Below are positions 25,230 through 39,119 of a stretch of 64,000 nucleotides of DNA, one piece after another. The position numbers and the translations under genes were made by a program. Origin of the DNA: Nageia nagi. Its lineage: Eukaryota; Plantae; Pinophyta. The notes under the pieces were generated by a model, which searched no databases, was not told the DNA's origin, and worked only from the letters and a program-made list of their open reading frames with translations. Within the stretch, counting starts at the first letter, position 1. Every line of letters begins with the position of its first letter. The stretch lies in the NCBI GenBank assembly GCA_050084985.1, contig JBITNC010000002.1, positions 13,144,001-13,208,000 on the forward strand, written 5' to 3'.

Positions 25230-28200
25230 CATTAGACCCAAAGAGGGATTTTGAGGTGAGCAATTTGAGATAATTTTAGGGAGGCAAATTTGCGGAGACA
25301 TTTTTTAATGTCCCTATTTTTAGGTTTAAGTGGCAATTTCCATGCGGTAGTTGTAAACTACCCTCCAAAAACATAATGAGGTAGTTTTTAACCATCCCTT
25401 TGTGAGAACCAAAAAAAATAAAAAGGTTCGTATTAGGGGTTATACAGAAACTTAAAATATTTTTTACATTTTGAGTTTTTTGGTTGAGGGATTAGAGAAG
25501 AGAAAGGGATATTTTACAAGATGACATGAGAGGAGATGATGCAATGCAAGGTCAGATAGGTACAAGATTCCAAACTAGATTAGATGAGATCATACAAGGG
25601 AAGGCAAGGTCATACGAGGGGAAACATGGTATTATGAGGTGCAAGCAAGTATTCTTTTGTATTTTGTGATCTTATATGCTTTTGTAGTCCATGACCTTAT
25701 ATTCTTGTGTATTTTGCATATATGTCCATACCTTGTATTTTTTTAGAAAATCCATTTTATGTGTATCTTATCAAAAAAAGCTCAGGTCTTATGTATTCTT
25801 TCACATTTTTCATATATATCTATCAAGACACTAACAACCATAACATTTGATTTATAGGAACCAAGTAGATACATTCACACACCCAATTTAGGGTTTATGG
25901 ATATTTTCATAGTGAAAGTTCAAAGCTCCATCAAGATAGCCTACACGAACCATGACATTCAATTTACAAGCACCAAATATATACATCCACACACCCAATC
26001 CTAAGTTTATGGTTATTTCTGTAATAAAAGTTTATACCTCCCTCAAGATAGCCTCCATAAACTAAAACATTCAATTTAGAAGAACCAAGTAGACACATCC
26101 ACACACCCAATTCAAGGTTTATGGGTATTATCTAAGTTCATCATATGATATGAAATTATCTAAATGCAACATGCATATGATATGAAATAAACCCAGTACA
26201 CTATATATAAAATGAAATTATCTAAATACACCAACATATGATACAAAACCTCATGAAGTGATAAAATAGTTAAATATGTAATCTAAAATATCCATCGCAT
26301 TTAGACCTCCCACTAAAATATCTAAATAGACCATGTGATATGGAATTTTATAAGTGTCAAAAATCGATACAAAAATGGTAAGTTGGAAAAAATATGCTTA
26401 TAATACTTACAATTGTAGAACATATTTGAAACTATAGAGCATATTTGAATAATTTGAGTATAATTGTATAATTTTTATCATAATTGTGGTATGCTTTGAT
26501 ATAATTATGCTAAGTATTACAAGCATGATTTTACCAACTTACCAATTTTGGACTGGTTTTTAACACTTTCTTTTGTATTACAAGCATTTGTTTTGTTTGG
26601 GTAAGTATTACAAGTACGCTTTCACCAACTTACCACTTTTGGACTAGTTGTATTACAAGCATAATGCATCTTCCATATTGCAGTCAATGAAACTATGTTT
26701 GCATCATGCATCTTCCATGTTTTGCATACGTGCCTATTAAGTTTTATGTTTCATTTCATTTTTTTTAAAAGTGCTTCTTGGATGTGTGGATATTCCTAAT
26801 TTGTGCTTGTAAATTTAATGTTGTGGTAGCAATACTCTAGAGCATATTTGAATCATTTAAATACACTATATGATGTGATATGAAATGATTTAAATGATAT
26901 GGAATATTTTGTGGGCTACTTCATTGTCTAGCAAGTGACATAATCGGTGCTTTCCTTTACTGGATCCATGCAAGTTTCTGGATCATATGATGTATTTAAA
27001 TTATTTCACATCATATGTTATCATTTAAATATAAGCACAATAAGATTCATTTATGTTCTATATTTATGCTCAAATGATTTAAATATGCTCTACATATTCA
27101 ATTATGCTCAAATGATTTAAATATGCTTTACATATTTAACTATGCTCAAATGTTTCAAATATGTTTTATATCATATAATCTATTTAGATCATTTCATACC
27201 ATATGGTATAGTTGCATCATTTCAGAACATGTGAAGAAGCCCACAGCATGTTCAATTATTTTCTTCTCATCATTTTTTATATACAACAAATCATCCACTT
27301 GGGAACCACATATATTTCCTATGTTTGGCTAAGTATTACAAGCATATTTTTGCCAACTTACCCACTTTTGGACTAGTTTTTTACACTAAAAACATTTTTG
27401 GGTTGAACAAGTGCTTGCCACTTTTGGATTGGTTTTTGACACTCAACAAAATTATGGGTTGAATAGTTGCTTACCACTTTTGGATTGGTTTTTGACATTC
27501 AACAAAATTATGGCTTGAATAGTTGCTTACCACTTTTGGAATGGTTTTTGACACTTAGAAAATTTATTGGTTGAATAGTTACTTTCCTTCTCCAAGCCAT
27601 TTTTTCAACCATTTAGTTTATTTAAATCATTTCATATCACATAATATGGTGTATTTAAGTCATTTCATGTCATATGTAATAATTTCAATATAAGCTTAAT
27701 AAGATTCAAATATGCTTTATACTTTCAATTATGCTCAAATGATTTAATTATGTTCAACAATGCATCATGTCATTAGAGTTGTCACTAAACAATTGTAATT
27801 GTTCAACCCATATATTTTCAAAGTGTCAAAAACCAATCCAAAAGTGATAAGTTGGCATCATTGTTGTACCCATGAAAATGTGTCTATAGCATGCATATTC
27901 CACATTTCATATCATATGGTACAATTTTATTGTTTCATTTCATATCATATTTATCAAATTTTATCAAGGCAATAATAATTGAGGTATCTTTATTGTACAT
28001 TGTTTGTATTTATTGAACCTAATTATATTTGATTTGTTTATTGAAACTTTTACACTTTCATAATGATATGTAATTACTTAATAATGATATAGTGTGCATA
28101 TAATTTTGTTGCTGATGTTAATAATTCAATTTATTTTTTAATTATGCTATGTATTGGAAACTTGCAAGTGAACAATGATTGGTCAAATCCACTAGGTCGT

Positions 28201-28553
28201 CCTTTAGGATCCCATGGTGAACACTATCATTGGGCTCACTATGATTGAGCTCGAGTGCCTCAGGTAATTGAGGATGACTAACCTAGAAGCATTCTTCCAA
28301 ATGCTTCCAAGCTATGCCCCTTTTTTTAAATTTAATCATCAAACAATGATTTAAAATTGCCCCCTTAAATGACAATGTGGTAGTTTAAAATTGCCTCTTT
28401 AAGACTTAAAGCGGCAGTTTAAGGTACTGTATGGCTCTGGTAGATAGTCACCACCATAGGGGGCAACTCTTGCATAGAGGGTGATAAATAATCATTGGTA
28501 AAAGAATTAGAAAATGATTTATAAACTCCACCAAAGGTCCTTTTTGTCTAGTG
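25230..28553. mobile_element. Non-autonomous CACTA (En/Spm) DNA transposon
   Basis: Termini CATTAGACCCAAAGAGG / CCTTTTTGTCTAGTG; 3-bp TSD ATA. Removing it restores the host LTR. Interior is made of direct and inverted repeats; no transposase seen. Confidence 0.88.
27355..27585. repeat. ~54-bp tandem repeat (~4 units) inside CACTA
   Basis: CTTACCACTTTTGGATTGGTTTTTGACACTCAACAAAATTATGGGTTGAATAGTTG repeated. Confidence 0.85.
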
Positions 28554-29779
28554 ATAGCATAGAATATAGAAAATCATAGAATAGCATGGATTGATCAAGT
28601 GTAGAACTTGATTAGGGAGTTGTAGAGCCAAGAGCACCATTGTAATAGGGCATTAATCTATTAGATCATTTTCATATTGTTTGTATTGATTTGTATTTTA
28701 TTTGTGATGCTTTTATATTAAATTGATATTACTTCAAGTTGCTTCATGGTTCAATGTAGTGTTTGGTTGAACCCAAACTTAAGATCTTAGGAGTATTGTT
28801 GAACTCATGTATTGTATGTAATTGCTTCCACAGCTTATGTTGAGTTTGCAACAATATTATTAATATTATTGCATTGGCAAAGTTAAACTTGATTGATTGT
28901 TTATGTAGCCAATCTATTAAGATTCTATAAGATATCAAATCTTTGTTGTAAAAAGGTTTTTATTAATATAGCTATGTAATAACAATATATTAAACTAGGA
29001 TATTGAGACAAAATGTATTGGTGATTCCACAAGAGGGGTAAGTCTATTATTATCATAGTTTGTTGTGATTTTATAACAAGGTTATTTTTCTTATTGTATT
29101 TGAATCATTTCACTTATATTTTGAAGTGTATCACATATCTCATTCTCTCTCTATTTTATAAAATTAGAATCAACTCTTTCATAAAAAATGAGACTCATTA
29201 TCCTTATTTACCCATTTTACAAATACACTAGATAAACCTATAATGATATTTTTAATTAACCTAATCCATGAGTTTTTAAACCAATATAACCAAATTAATC
29301 TTTGTGATTTTGTTATGAATCTTAATTTTGTTAGAAATATATATATATATATATATACTTTGGACAAATTTTGATAGGTCCTACAAACCATTATGTTTAA
29401 AGGACATCAAAATATATTTATTGAATTATGCAATATTTATATACTTAATCTAACTATTACATAAGTGAAGTATAAATATCAAAGATCATCATAAGAGGAA
29501 GACTTGTGTTGTAATCATTTAAGTGCTAAAATAGTTAACAAACCTTTTCATCCTTGGTATATTCAACAAATATATCTTCCTTCCATCATGGTCCTATTAC
29601 AAACATGATATTTAGTTCTAGTAGTTTAGATAAATAATCAATAAGAATGTTATCATTTCTCTTTTTATATTGAATTTCTAAATCAAATTCATTCACCTAC
29701 TTGGCTTATTATTGACTCAAGCTCATTAAGGATAACAAATATTTGATATTTAATGATCTGATAAACAACAAAGTGTTTT

Positions 29780-30690
29780 CTTAAAAGATAAGATATCATT
29801 TTTCCTAAAATGTGCAAATACCGTCTCTTTATCATAAATACATATACTTTTTCCTTACCAAGTATCTTTCCACTTTAAAAAAAATGTTGCTAATTTTGTA
29901 TGAAAAAAACCTTTAGATAAATTTATGATGCATCACACTCCATTACAAAAGAGTTGAGAGAGACCTAGAAGTGCTAATATACTAAAAGATATTACCTTTT
30001 TGATAATTTGAATTCTTATGTTGATTGTCTTTGTCCATAAGAATTGATCCTTCTTAATAAGTTTAGTAAGAGGTTCCATCATGCATGCAAAGCCCTTAAC
30101 AGACTAACTATTAAAACTATATAGCCTTATAAATCTTCTTAGTTGTGGAATATTTATAAGAGTATATTTGTTTGGCTTGAGCCTTAGCATGATCAATTTT
30201 GACTCCCTCCTCGCTTGTTGTAAAATCCATATATGCAAGTTGTTTTACAAAGCCATATGTTAATTCCTTCATAAATTGAGAATTTCCCCTTATAAGCTCC
30301 ATATGCTTCAAATGTTCTTCCATATTTTTATTTCAAACAAGGATAATATTAACAAAAATCAATACAATTTTCCACAAATCGTGTTAGAAAATTTTTTTCC
30401 ATTGTATCTTGGAATGTATTTTGGACATTGGTAATCCTAACTAGCATTATCTAAAATTCAATGTGGTCAAGATGATTTATGAATACAATCTTAAAATAGT
30501 TAAATTCTCTTACTCTTAGTTAGTGATACATATGCCTTAATCAATTTTTGCAAAGACTACAAGTTGATGTAATTTTGTTAACAATTCATATATGTGAGAT
30601 CAAAAACATGTTCTTGATGGTTACTCTAATAAATTCCATGTAACTAATATACATATGAAAAATCATGTTCAAAATACTTCATCATGAGCA
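29780..30690 (-). pseudogene. Highly decayed gypsy RT relic, with possible chromodomain relic
   Basis: MEEHLKHMELI...LAYMDFTTSEEGVKIDHAKAQ resembles the gypsy RT segment downstream of the DD motif; KVERYLVRKK near 29850. Confidence 0.6.
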
Positions 30691-30749
30691 TAAGTTACAA
30701 AAAAGTGAATATGGATTATAAGAAGAATTTGGCTTAAACATTGTTACAA

Positions 30750-32060
30750 TGCAATCATAGCCCCCCCGTGGCAAACAAGATAAAAAAAATACAAGACTCA
30801 AAACTGGCTAAGGTATGGGTTAATCTATTTACACATGTAGGGACAAATTAGTTAATGAAATTGAAATAAATCTGGAGACTAGAATTGAAAATGAAGCACA
30901 AATAGTGGTGCCCAAGGCAATTGTAAATGGCGAGTAAGATCGCTATAAGAATACTTTGATAAGCATATTTGTAGGAATCTGCCCAGATAGTAAAATAATC
31001 AAACATTAGATGGCAATGACATGGCTAACAAGAGGGGTAGTGGAAGTAGTAGCACTTCCTCAAGAATTCTTGTTCTTTAAGTTCTCTTGTGAAGAAGATC
31101 TAGAAAAAGCTTTAGATATGGATCCATGGTTCCTTGGGAAAGCCTCAAACTCATTCCCACATGGGTAAGCCTCCCTAACTTACCCCCAATGTATTAGAAT
31201 GTAGGTGTAATAGCTAGAATTGCAAGAGGAATCAAAGACCTTATTTCAATTGAAAATGGAACTAGGTATCATAGCAAGATGATAGATACTAGGTTTTGTG
31301 TTAATATAGATATATCCAAGGAGCTAAGGAAAAGAATTTTCATATATGAGGAAGGTGGAGCCACTTAGGAGCAGGAGATAATATACCTAAACTTACCATT
31401 CCAATGCACATCGTGTGGACAATAATACCACTACATGAAAGAATGCCCAACCAAACCAATGTCCCCTCAAATACAGAAGTTCCATGTGATCAAAGAATCC
31501 AACAATGACAAATGGAAATAAATCTAGAAATTAGGGCAAAAATGGAAAAACCATAATAACAAAACAAACAGGAATCAAGGAGGGACAAAATAAGGACACC
31601 AACATGTAAAAGAGGGGACAAGACAAGGAACTAATGCAAGCAAAGAAAACCCTTACACACCACTCATGAATTTGGAAGGGAATGACACGGTGCAAGAATC
31701 AACATCAAAGAAGAGGAAGAGGAATTAGATGTGGAAAATATGGATACATAAAGGAATTACTCATAAGAAGAAAATCCAATGGAATTAGAAATGGTTCTAG
31801 ATGAGGCTATAGATAACATGGTGCAGAAAAGAAAGCGAAATAGGGAGATCATAATAGAAAGGAAGAGGAGTGCAAAATGAAAAAGGAACTATCCCTATAA
31901 GAAAACAAACACTAATCAGGAAAATGATGAATGTTGGAAAACAAGGCCTCGAAAAACCCACAACCCAACAAACTAGAACTAAGAGAACCATGGAGGAGAT
32001 AGTGAAAGGCATGCATGCCACTCTAGAGCAGAGTGGACACCTACTTTCGTTTATAAAACC
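30750..32060 (+). mobile_element. L1-type LINE ORF1 relic (DUF4283-like + zinc knuckle), ORF2 absent
   Basis: LPQEFLFFKFSCEEDLEKALDMDPWFLG and YLNLPFQCTSCG..HYMKECP; similar to 39120-40340. Confidence 0.75.
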
Positions 32061-32499
32061 TATAAAATTAAGGAAAGGGGATCACAAGGATCCCAAGAAG
32101 GAGAGGTATGACAAAGGCAAAATTAAGTAAAGTTCTAAGATAAATAGCAAGTTGTATGGGATAACAACTAATTTTGTATTATATAGTTGTTAATGATGAT
32201 AGGATATAAGTATATGTAGTAGTCGTTCAATAGTAATTTAGCTACCTATAAGCCATAGTTGGGTAGCTGCTAGAAAATGTTTTGATAAATGCCAAAATTT
32301 AATATCATTATGACAAGTTTTGGGATCCTACAAAAAAACCCTCGCTTTCTTGATAATATAATTTATCCTATTATCAAAAAATATACACATACAAAAAGGC
32401 CCATCTATCTTCCTTATCAACATAATAAAAGTAAAAGGACTTTTGTTACATACAATATTATCTATATGCCATAAAGTTACAACTCAGTTTCTCAATCTT

Positions 32500-33700
32500 A
32501 TTATGTAATAGTTTGAAATATTTGTAAGGAGGAAAATAATAGGTTTCATCTTGGCTTATAATTCAATAAAATGTTCTTGACCTCTATCTAAAGATGACCC
32601 ATGTAGTAAGTCTTGGAAAATGTCTACATATTTATTAATTAGTTGATGTAATTATTTTTCCATTAGAATATTGTATTTTTATTATAATATGTATTTTCTT
32701 CATGGAAATGCATTCAAAGATGTAATAAAGTTTGCCTTTGGTAATATTGTTTACACCTTTTATAAGCTGATAAAAATGGATTGCACAATGTTTAAATCAT
32801 GTTATTGTAATCAACTTATGATCTTCAAACTTTACGTACGACTACTACAAATTCATTCAAAATTCAGCCCAAATCTTCAACCATTATGTTGTGCTAAATC
32901 AACTTACATAAAAGTTCAAAACTTCATTGATAATTTTCATGTCATGTCTTTTATCATTCTTGGGCACTTCCATTTAAACTATCATTTGTGACTAATACCT
33001 AAAATTTGTAATAAGTCTATTTTTTGTGTCTCATAAATGTCAATAGTTTTGCATATATGAAGTTATACCTAAAGAGCATTTAACATGGTAGTAAGCAGGG
33101 ATCAAATTTGCAGGGTTGGGTAAATTTTCTTTTGCAAGGCTTTCAAAAATTCAAACTTTCATATTAATAAAATTTGTAGGGCGAAGTTCAAAATATTAAG
33201 GAATGTTTTTTAAACTTGTCCTTCAATTTAAAGGAAATATTTTTTTTAGTACTTTCTATGCAAGAAAAAATCGCTATGAAGGACGCTGCAAGCTGCAAAT
33301 TTAAAGCCTAGTAGTAAGACAATTCACATTTCATGATATTTTGTTGTTATTTAAAAACTGATCTTTTGATTCTTTGCTTGCTTTATTATCAATTCCAAGC
33401 ATTTCTTCATGTTTAACTATAAATTCAATGCATACTCATAAGATATTTGCACTTTCACTAATATTAACACCATCAAACTTAAGAGTAATAATTTTGTTTA
33501 AAAACCTTTGATTTATATAATTTCATCATCCATTCTAATACATAAAACCTTTTTTGTCTTCAAAATATTTTGATAATCCTCATACCTATTATCTTCTATG
33601 GTAATCTCAATCTCCATGTGCCTTCCTCATCCCTATCATTCTCATTTCCTCTTCCCCTTATTTCTATAAAAACAACGAATGACTAATGAGCTTGGTTTAT
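32500..33700 (-). pseudogene. Possible Mutator-like transposase relic
   Basis: By-eye minus-strand translation gives ..KQIITLKFDG.. and ..DKRHDMKIINEV..FKHCAIHF.., reminiscent of the MULE D...CxxH arrangement; heavily decayed. Confidence 0.35.
33096..33310. mobile_element. hAT-type MITE (215 bp)
   Basis: Perfect 8-bp TSD GTAGTAAG (33088-33095 / 33311-33318); imperfect TIRs CAGGGATCAAATTTGCAG / CTGCAAATTTAAAGCCTA. Confidence 0.85.
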
Positions 33701-36000
33701 CTTTTTTATTCATAAAGGTTTTCATTGCCCTCATACATACTAACATCTCTTTTATAGTATTTCAATTTCCTCATGCCTTCATGTCATTGTCATTTCCTTA
33801 TCTTCTTTTCATAAACACAATCAATGACTATCTCCAATGAGAAGGTAATTTCTATAATGTAAATTAACACCCAAATAATTTAAAAGAATTATCCATATCA
33901 AATGTGATACCAATCTGATCTAAATTACAGTTTTGATGCAATGCTTGTGAACCATTCTTCAACATTTAAAACCAACCAAAAGAACTGCAAAAAAAATATT
34001 GTTGAAAAAAAATTTGTACAATAACAATTTTGGAAACCACCATGTAACTAAAACAATTTAAAAAATTTAACTAAATCTAATTTTTAACATATTTCCATGT
34101 TTTCTTCATGATTTAAATAAGTTACGAAAGAAATTAACAATGAATGTCTAACATAAATCATTTTAAGAATAAATTGTTTATGATAATTTTTAAGATATTT
34201 CAGAATCTTTCTTAAAAATTATATGGTTGTCAGGTCATCAATGTAATTGCTGCAATTCACTGAGAATGCTAAAAATATTCTGTTCAAATAGAATTTCTTA
34301 CCTTCAAAAAACATGTTTTAAGTACAAATATCGGAAGATTTATTGTATTCAACACTCTTCTTTTTATCTACTTCACTCTTAATACTCTCTTACTCTTCTT
34401 ATATCCTGTTTCTATCATGCTATTGGCTGCACTCTTGTCATCATCGAATACTAATATCAAATTTCAAATTTGTACATTCTTTCTAGAATAATTAATTTTT
34501 TTTGTAAATCTGTTAACTTGTACTTCATAAATTTTGTTTATAACAACAAAAACACTATTTGCTACCAAAAAGCTTCTTTTGACTAAAAGAAAAGTTTTTT
34601 AACCTAGTAAAGTGCCAAAAATTTTAATATATCATTACCTGTTATTGATTAAAATATGCCTTCTTATTGACCATCATAACATTATTTGAAGCCAAATCTT
34701 ATGCCGTTCTGTGTCTTATTTATTAAGATACGGACTTACTACCCTGGCTAAAAAGGAATAGCAAAGTATATTTCACCAGGACATATCAATAGAATCCATG
34801 TTAACAAGCATACAAGATTAAAAAATGTGCCACAAACTGGTGACTTGATCCAATTAATTAGAAGAAACACCGACAGAACTCTTGATTCATGCCTACAAGT
34901 GAAAGAATTGATAACTGCAAGAAAATTCAACAATACCAATAACATGTAAAACAGGAAAGTTTTTCTATACAACACAAATACAAAAAAAAGTACACCAGAA
35001 GCTACTTTGCATTCTTATCTGAGCTCGTTCCACACGAGGTGCCATCAAGAATGAGCATAAAAACTCTCTTTTGCAGTTTCTGTGGCCAACCATTATGACA
35101 GTACATTTGAAAATAGTTTCTTTATGAATATAAATTTGAACAACCTTGTTAACCATTAGATTTTAGATGACAATCAACTGCACAAGTTGATTTGTGTCTT
35201 CTTAAATCTTATTCAGATTTTTCAAAAAACAAAAAAAAAAGAATTTCAGAAACTTAATAACAGCTGAACAAAGGGCAAACATAAAATTGTAGTTTGAAAT
35301 TTATATACTGCTAGAGTAAAGCATATAGCTATTGCTTTGGTTACTTAACCTAAAAACAAGCCTCTAATTCCAATATAAAAGCACATAAACAAGTTTCCAT
35401 ATGCAGCTCAATAGGGAAGGATAAATGTAAGAAATAAATACCACATCCACTTACAGCAACGATTGCTAGTACCAAATTTATGAATACACAATATACAGCT
35501 CTTTGCAAGTTTTTGGTATGCCTGACAGAATCCTAGTTTTGTAGCAACTGCTTTGCCACAAAAATGAGAGCTCTCAATTTTAAAGTTTGACAGGGATCAA
35601 AAGGTTCTTGTCATTAAAAGTATCAAAGAGTTCAGCATAAGAAGCATTACTCATGAGACCGTCACAAACAACTCTCAAAGTTACCCTTTATGAGAAGTAA
35701 CCTCGTGGGATCAAGAGACAACATTCCTAGTTGCACAGCAGTGCTTTGTTGGCTCCAAGCAAGATAAATACAACATGATACAACGTTTTTTGCACGACAT
35801 CCAAGACACCATCCCTTTCTATTTATTTTTACATCTATAAAGCTTATGTTAAGATATATTGAACAATTAGGTGAAACGAATTACAATAGCTGAACATTTC
35901 TTTCCAGTGCTTATTGTATGGATAAAGTTTTAATTCAGTTCTTAATACAAACAATGTTCTTCATGAGGGTACAAGTCATTTTACATTTTTCACATTCAGT

Positions 36001-36145
36001 TAGTTTTTTTTTGTAGGAACCTTCAGTAGGATAAACTTTTAAAGTCTCTACCACAACTACTACAACATGTTATAGTTTTTTTTTTAGGAACCTTCAGTAG
36101 GATAAACTTTTAAAGTCTCTACCACAACTGCTACAACATGTTATA
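36001..36145. repeat. Near-perfect ~71-bp tandem duplication downstream of RPS27a
   Basis: TAGTTTT..TAGGAACCTTCAGTAGGATAAACTTTTAAAGTCTCTACCACAACTRCTACAACATGTTA occurs twice. Confidence 0.9.
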
Positions 36146-36617
36146 CCAACCATTGTGATTTAAACCTTAAACCTCCTAAACAAGAACCAAAACTTAAATT
36201 ATTGTGTTGTCCCTTGAAGACTACATTCAGTTAGTTGTCTACATGTAAGATTAAAATTATGAATTTTCATAAGTTCCTAATGTTGAATTTGATCATCGAA
36301 GCAATCACACTTTGTCAAAGAACAAAAGTCAATGACCACAAAAATAGCACAATAAGAAAATTTTTGAAATGCCGTGAATATGAACCTGAACATTCCACAA
36401 AGGAAAAAACATGAAATCGCTTGAAAATGAACCAAAAAAACATAAGCCACAAGTTGTTGTTACAAGAATAACAACCTCAATTGAAATCTCATTCTACCAA
36501 AAACAAGGTTTTAAAGTACCCATGAAAAAAATCACTAAATAACGATAACTATCTAAATCCCAACTACAAAAAGCCTCATAAAAAATTTGAAACCATAATT
36601 CAGAACTGGAAACACGC

Positions 36618-37272
<655 letters not shown>

Positions 37273-37361
37273 CTTCAAAGACCATAAGCGAACCTCGAAC
37301 TCTCTTCTTGCCCTTCTCACAGGTGGTCTTCTCCGGCGCTCCTGCTAGATAAGACCCCTCC

Positions 37362-37370
37362 AAACCCTAA
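37362..37370. promoter_or_regulatory. Telo-box AAACCCTAA
   Basis: Exact motif ~90 bp upstream of the RPS27a ATG, typical of plant ribosomal-protein gene 5' regions; (TA)n tract at ~37484-37501 further upstream. Confidence 0.75.
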
Positions 37371-37694
37371 TACTGCTGCCAAAATTGATTAAATAAATAA
37401 TTAAATTTAGTTCATTGGCATAATAGTACCTTAGAAATGAGAATGAAGAGGAGATAATTGTAAATTAAAGAGCAGTATAGGATTATATATATATATATAT
37501 AGAAATCGTAATAAGTTAAATAAATATAAAAAGAGTATTTTTGTTTCTTTGATGTAAATGTATGAGAATTACTATAGATATGTAAAAATATTATGATGTT
37601 TTATAAGAATGTCATGGTTTTATGTAGAAATTCTTTAACAATTTATAAATGATGATTTTTTATCTTTTTGAATTCATATCTTTGTTTTAGGCAT

Positions 37695-37790
37695 GAAGGT
37701 TTAGCTTAGTAAGTAACCCATGCCTATGAAGTGGTAATGATTGAGGTTCAAATCCTTTAAGTCTTGTAGAAACAAAGGACATGTTATAGC
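37695..37790 (+). mobile_element. Decayed tRNA-derived SINE / Pol III promoter relic
   Basis: A-box-like TAGCTTAGTAAG (37702) and B-box GGTTCAAATCC (37745-37755) at tRNA-like spacing; no cloverleaf. Confidence 0.5.
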
Positions 37791-37931
37791 AACATCATCA
37801 ATTACGTTGAAAAGTTTACTATGGCACAAATATAGGTTATAGTGGCAACAAGAGCAAGATTTGAATCCATGATAAGATAGAGAATAATGTAACTAGTTAG
37901 CAATTCCTTTGGTCTAACATAATCTAACATA

Positions 37932-37963
<32 letters not shown>

Positions 37964-38124
37964 TTCATTGGATTATAATATGTCTCTTGTTGTATATAGC
38001 CTATAAGATGACGATTGAAAACTAGATGTTAATTTTTGCAAAATATGGACTTGCTTTAATGGATGAAATTCCTTTTATATTAATTAAAACCCAAGATTTA
38101 AGAAATATATTTTCAATACTTTGA

Positions 38125-38968
38125 ATAGATAGATTTATAGACAAGCATTGCAGAGTCAAGAGGTAAGGAGTATGTTCAAGCACAAAATGAGAACAAATAA
38201 AATATTAAGCTTGTTTAAATAGGTTTGGATTATCATAAGAAGTATGGTAGTTGATGTTTTCAAAATAAAATAGACTTCAAGATGATAAAGTAATCTAATA
38301 AAAGTACATAAGCTAGTGTAATAGACACAAGAAAAATAGATTGATTTATAGACAAGAATCGCATAGTCAACATGTAAGGAGTATGCTCAAGCATAAAGTG
38401 AGAACAAATAAAGTGTTAAGGTTGTTTAAATAGGTTTGGATTATTATGAAAAGTATGCTAGTTGATGTTTTTAAAATAAAATACACTTCAAGATGATAAA
38501 GTAATCTAACAAAAGTACATAAGCTAGTGTAATGGACACAAGAAAAATGGATTGATTTATAGAAATTGCAGAGTCAAGAGGTAAGGAGTATGTTCAAGCG
38601 TAGAGTGAGAATAAATAAAGTATTAAGATTGTTAAATAGGTTTGAATTATCATGAGAAATATGCAGTTAATATTTTTAAAATAAAATACACTTCAAGATG
38701 ATAAAGTAATCTAATAAAAGTACATAAGTTAGTGCAATAGACACAATAAAAATAGATTGATTTATAGACAAGATTTGCAAAGTCGAGAGCTAAGGAGTAT
38801 GCTCAAGCACAAAGTGAGAACAAATAAAATGTCAAACTTGTTTAAATAGGTTTGGATTATCATGAGAAGTATGCTAGTTGATGTTTTTAAAATAAAATAG
38901 ACTTCAAAAAGATAAAGTAACAAAATAAAAGTACATTAGTGCAATAGACACAAGAAAAATATATTGAT
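38125..38968. repeat. ~210-bp tandem repeat, 4 units
   Basis: Units begin at 38125, 38336, 38547 and 38752 (ATAGATTGATTTATAGACAAG..GTAAGGAGTATG..). Confidence 0.95.
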
Positions 38969-39119
38969 CTTTGTCTAAGTAATTATGCTAATATACCTCA
39001 AAAAGTATGAATAAAAGGCTTAAATGGTAACTGAAATATAAGTTTTGTTATAATAATCAAGACCACAAGATCTAATATAGCTAAATGAAAGTCAAGATGC
39101 AACCAAACAATATTTGAAA

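Larger units (their letters stand above)
21626..28929 (+). mobile_element. Non-autonomous Copia-type LTR element (gag N-terminus + acidic low-complexity ORF relic); 3' LTR split by CACTA
   Basis: LTRs 21626-22432 and 24817-25229 + 28554-28929; PBS TGGTATCAGAGC 22435-22446; PPT AAGGAGGAGAA; TSD AGCTA/AGATA. Gag start LKFDGEDY..MNTFLIVKRLWDIV. Confidence 0.88.

Noticed and set aside
34198-34243. C/D-box snoRNA-like TGATGA...CTGA on the minus strand
   Set aside because: Only ~45 nt long, with no terminal stem or evident rRNA guide.
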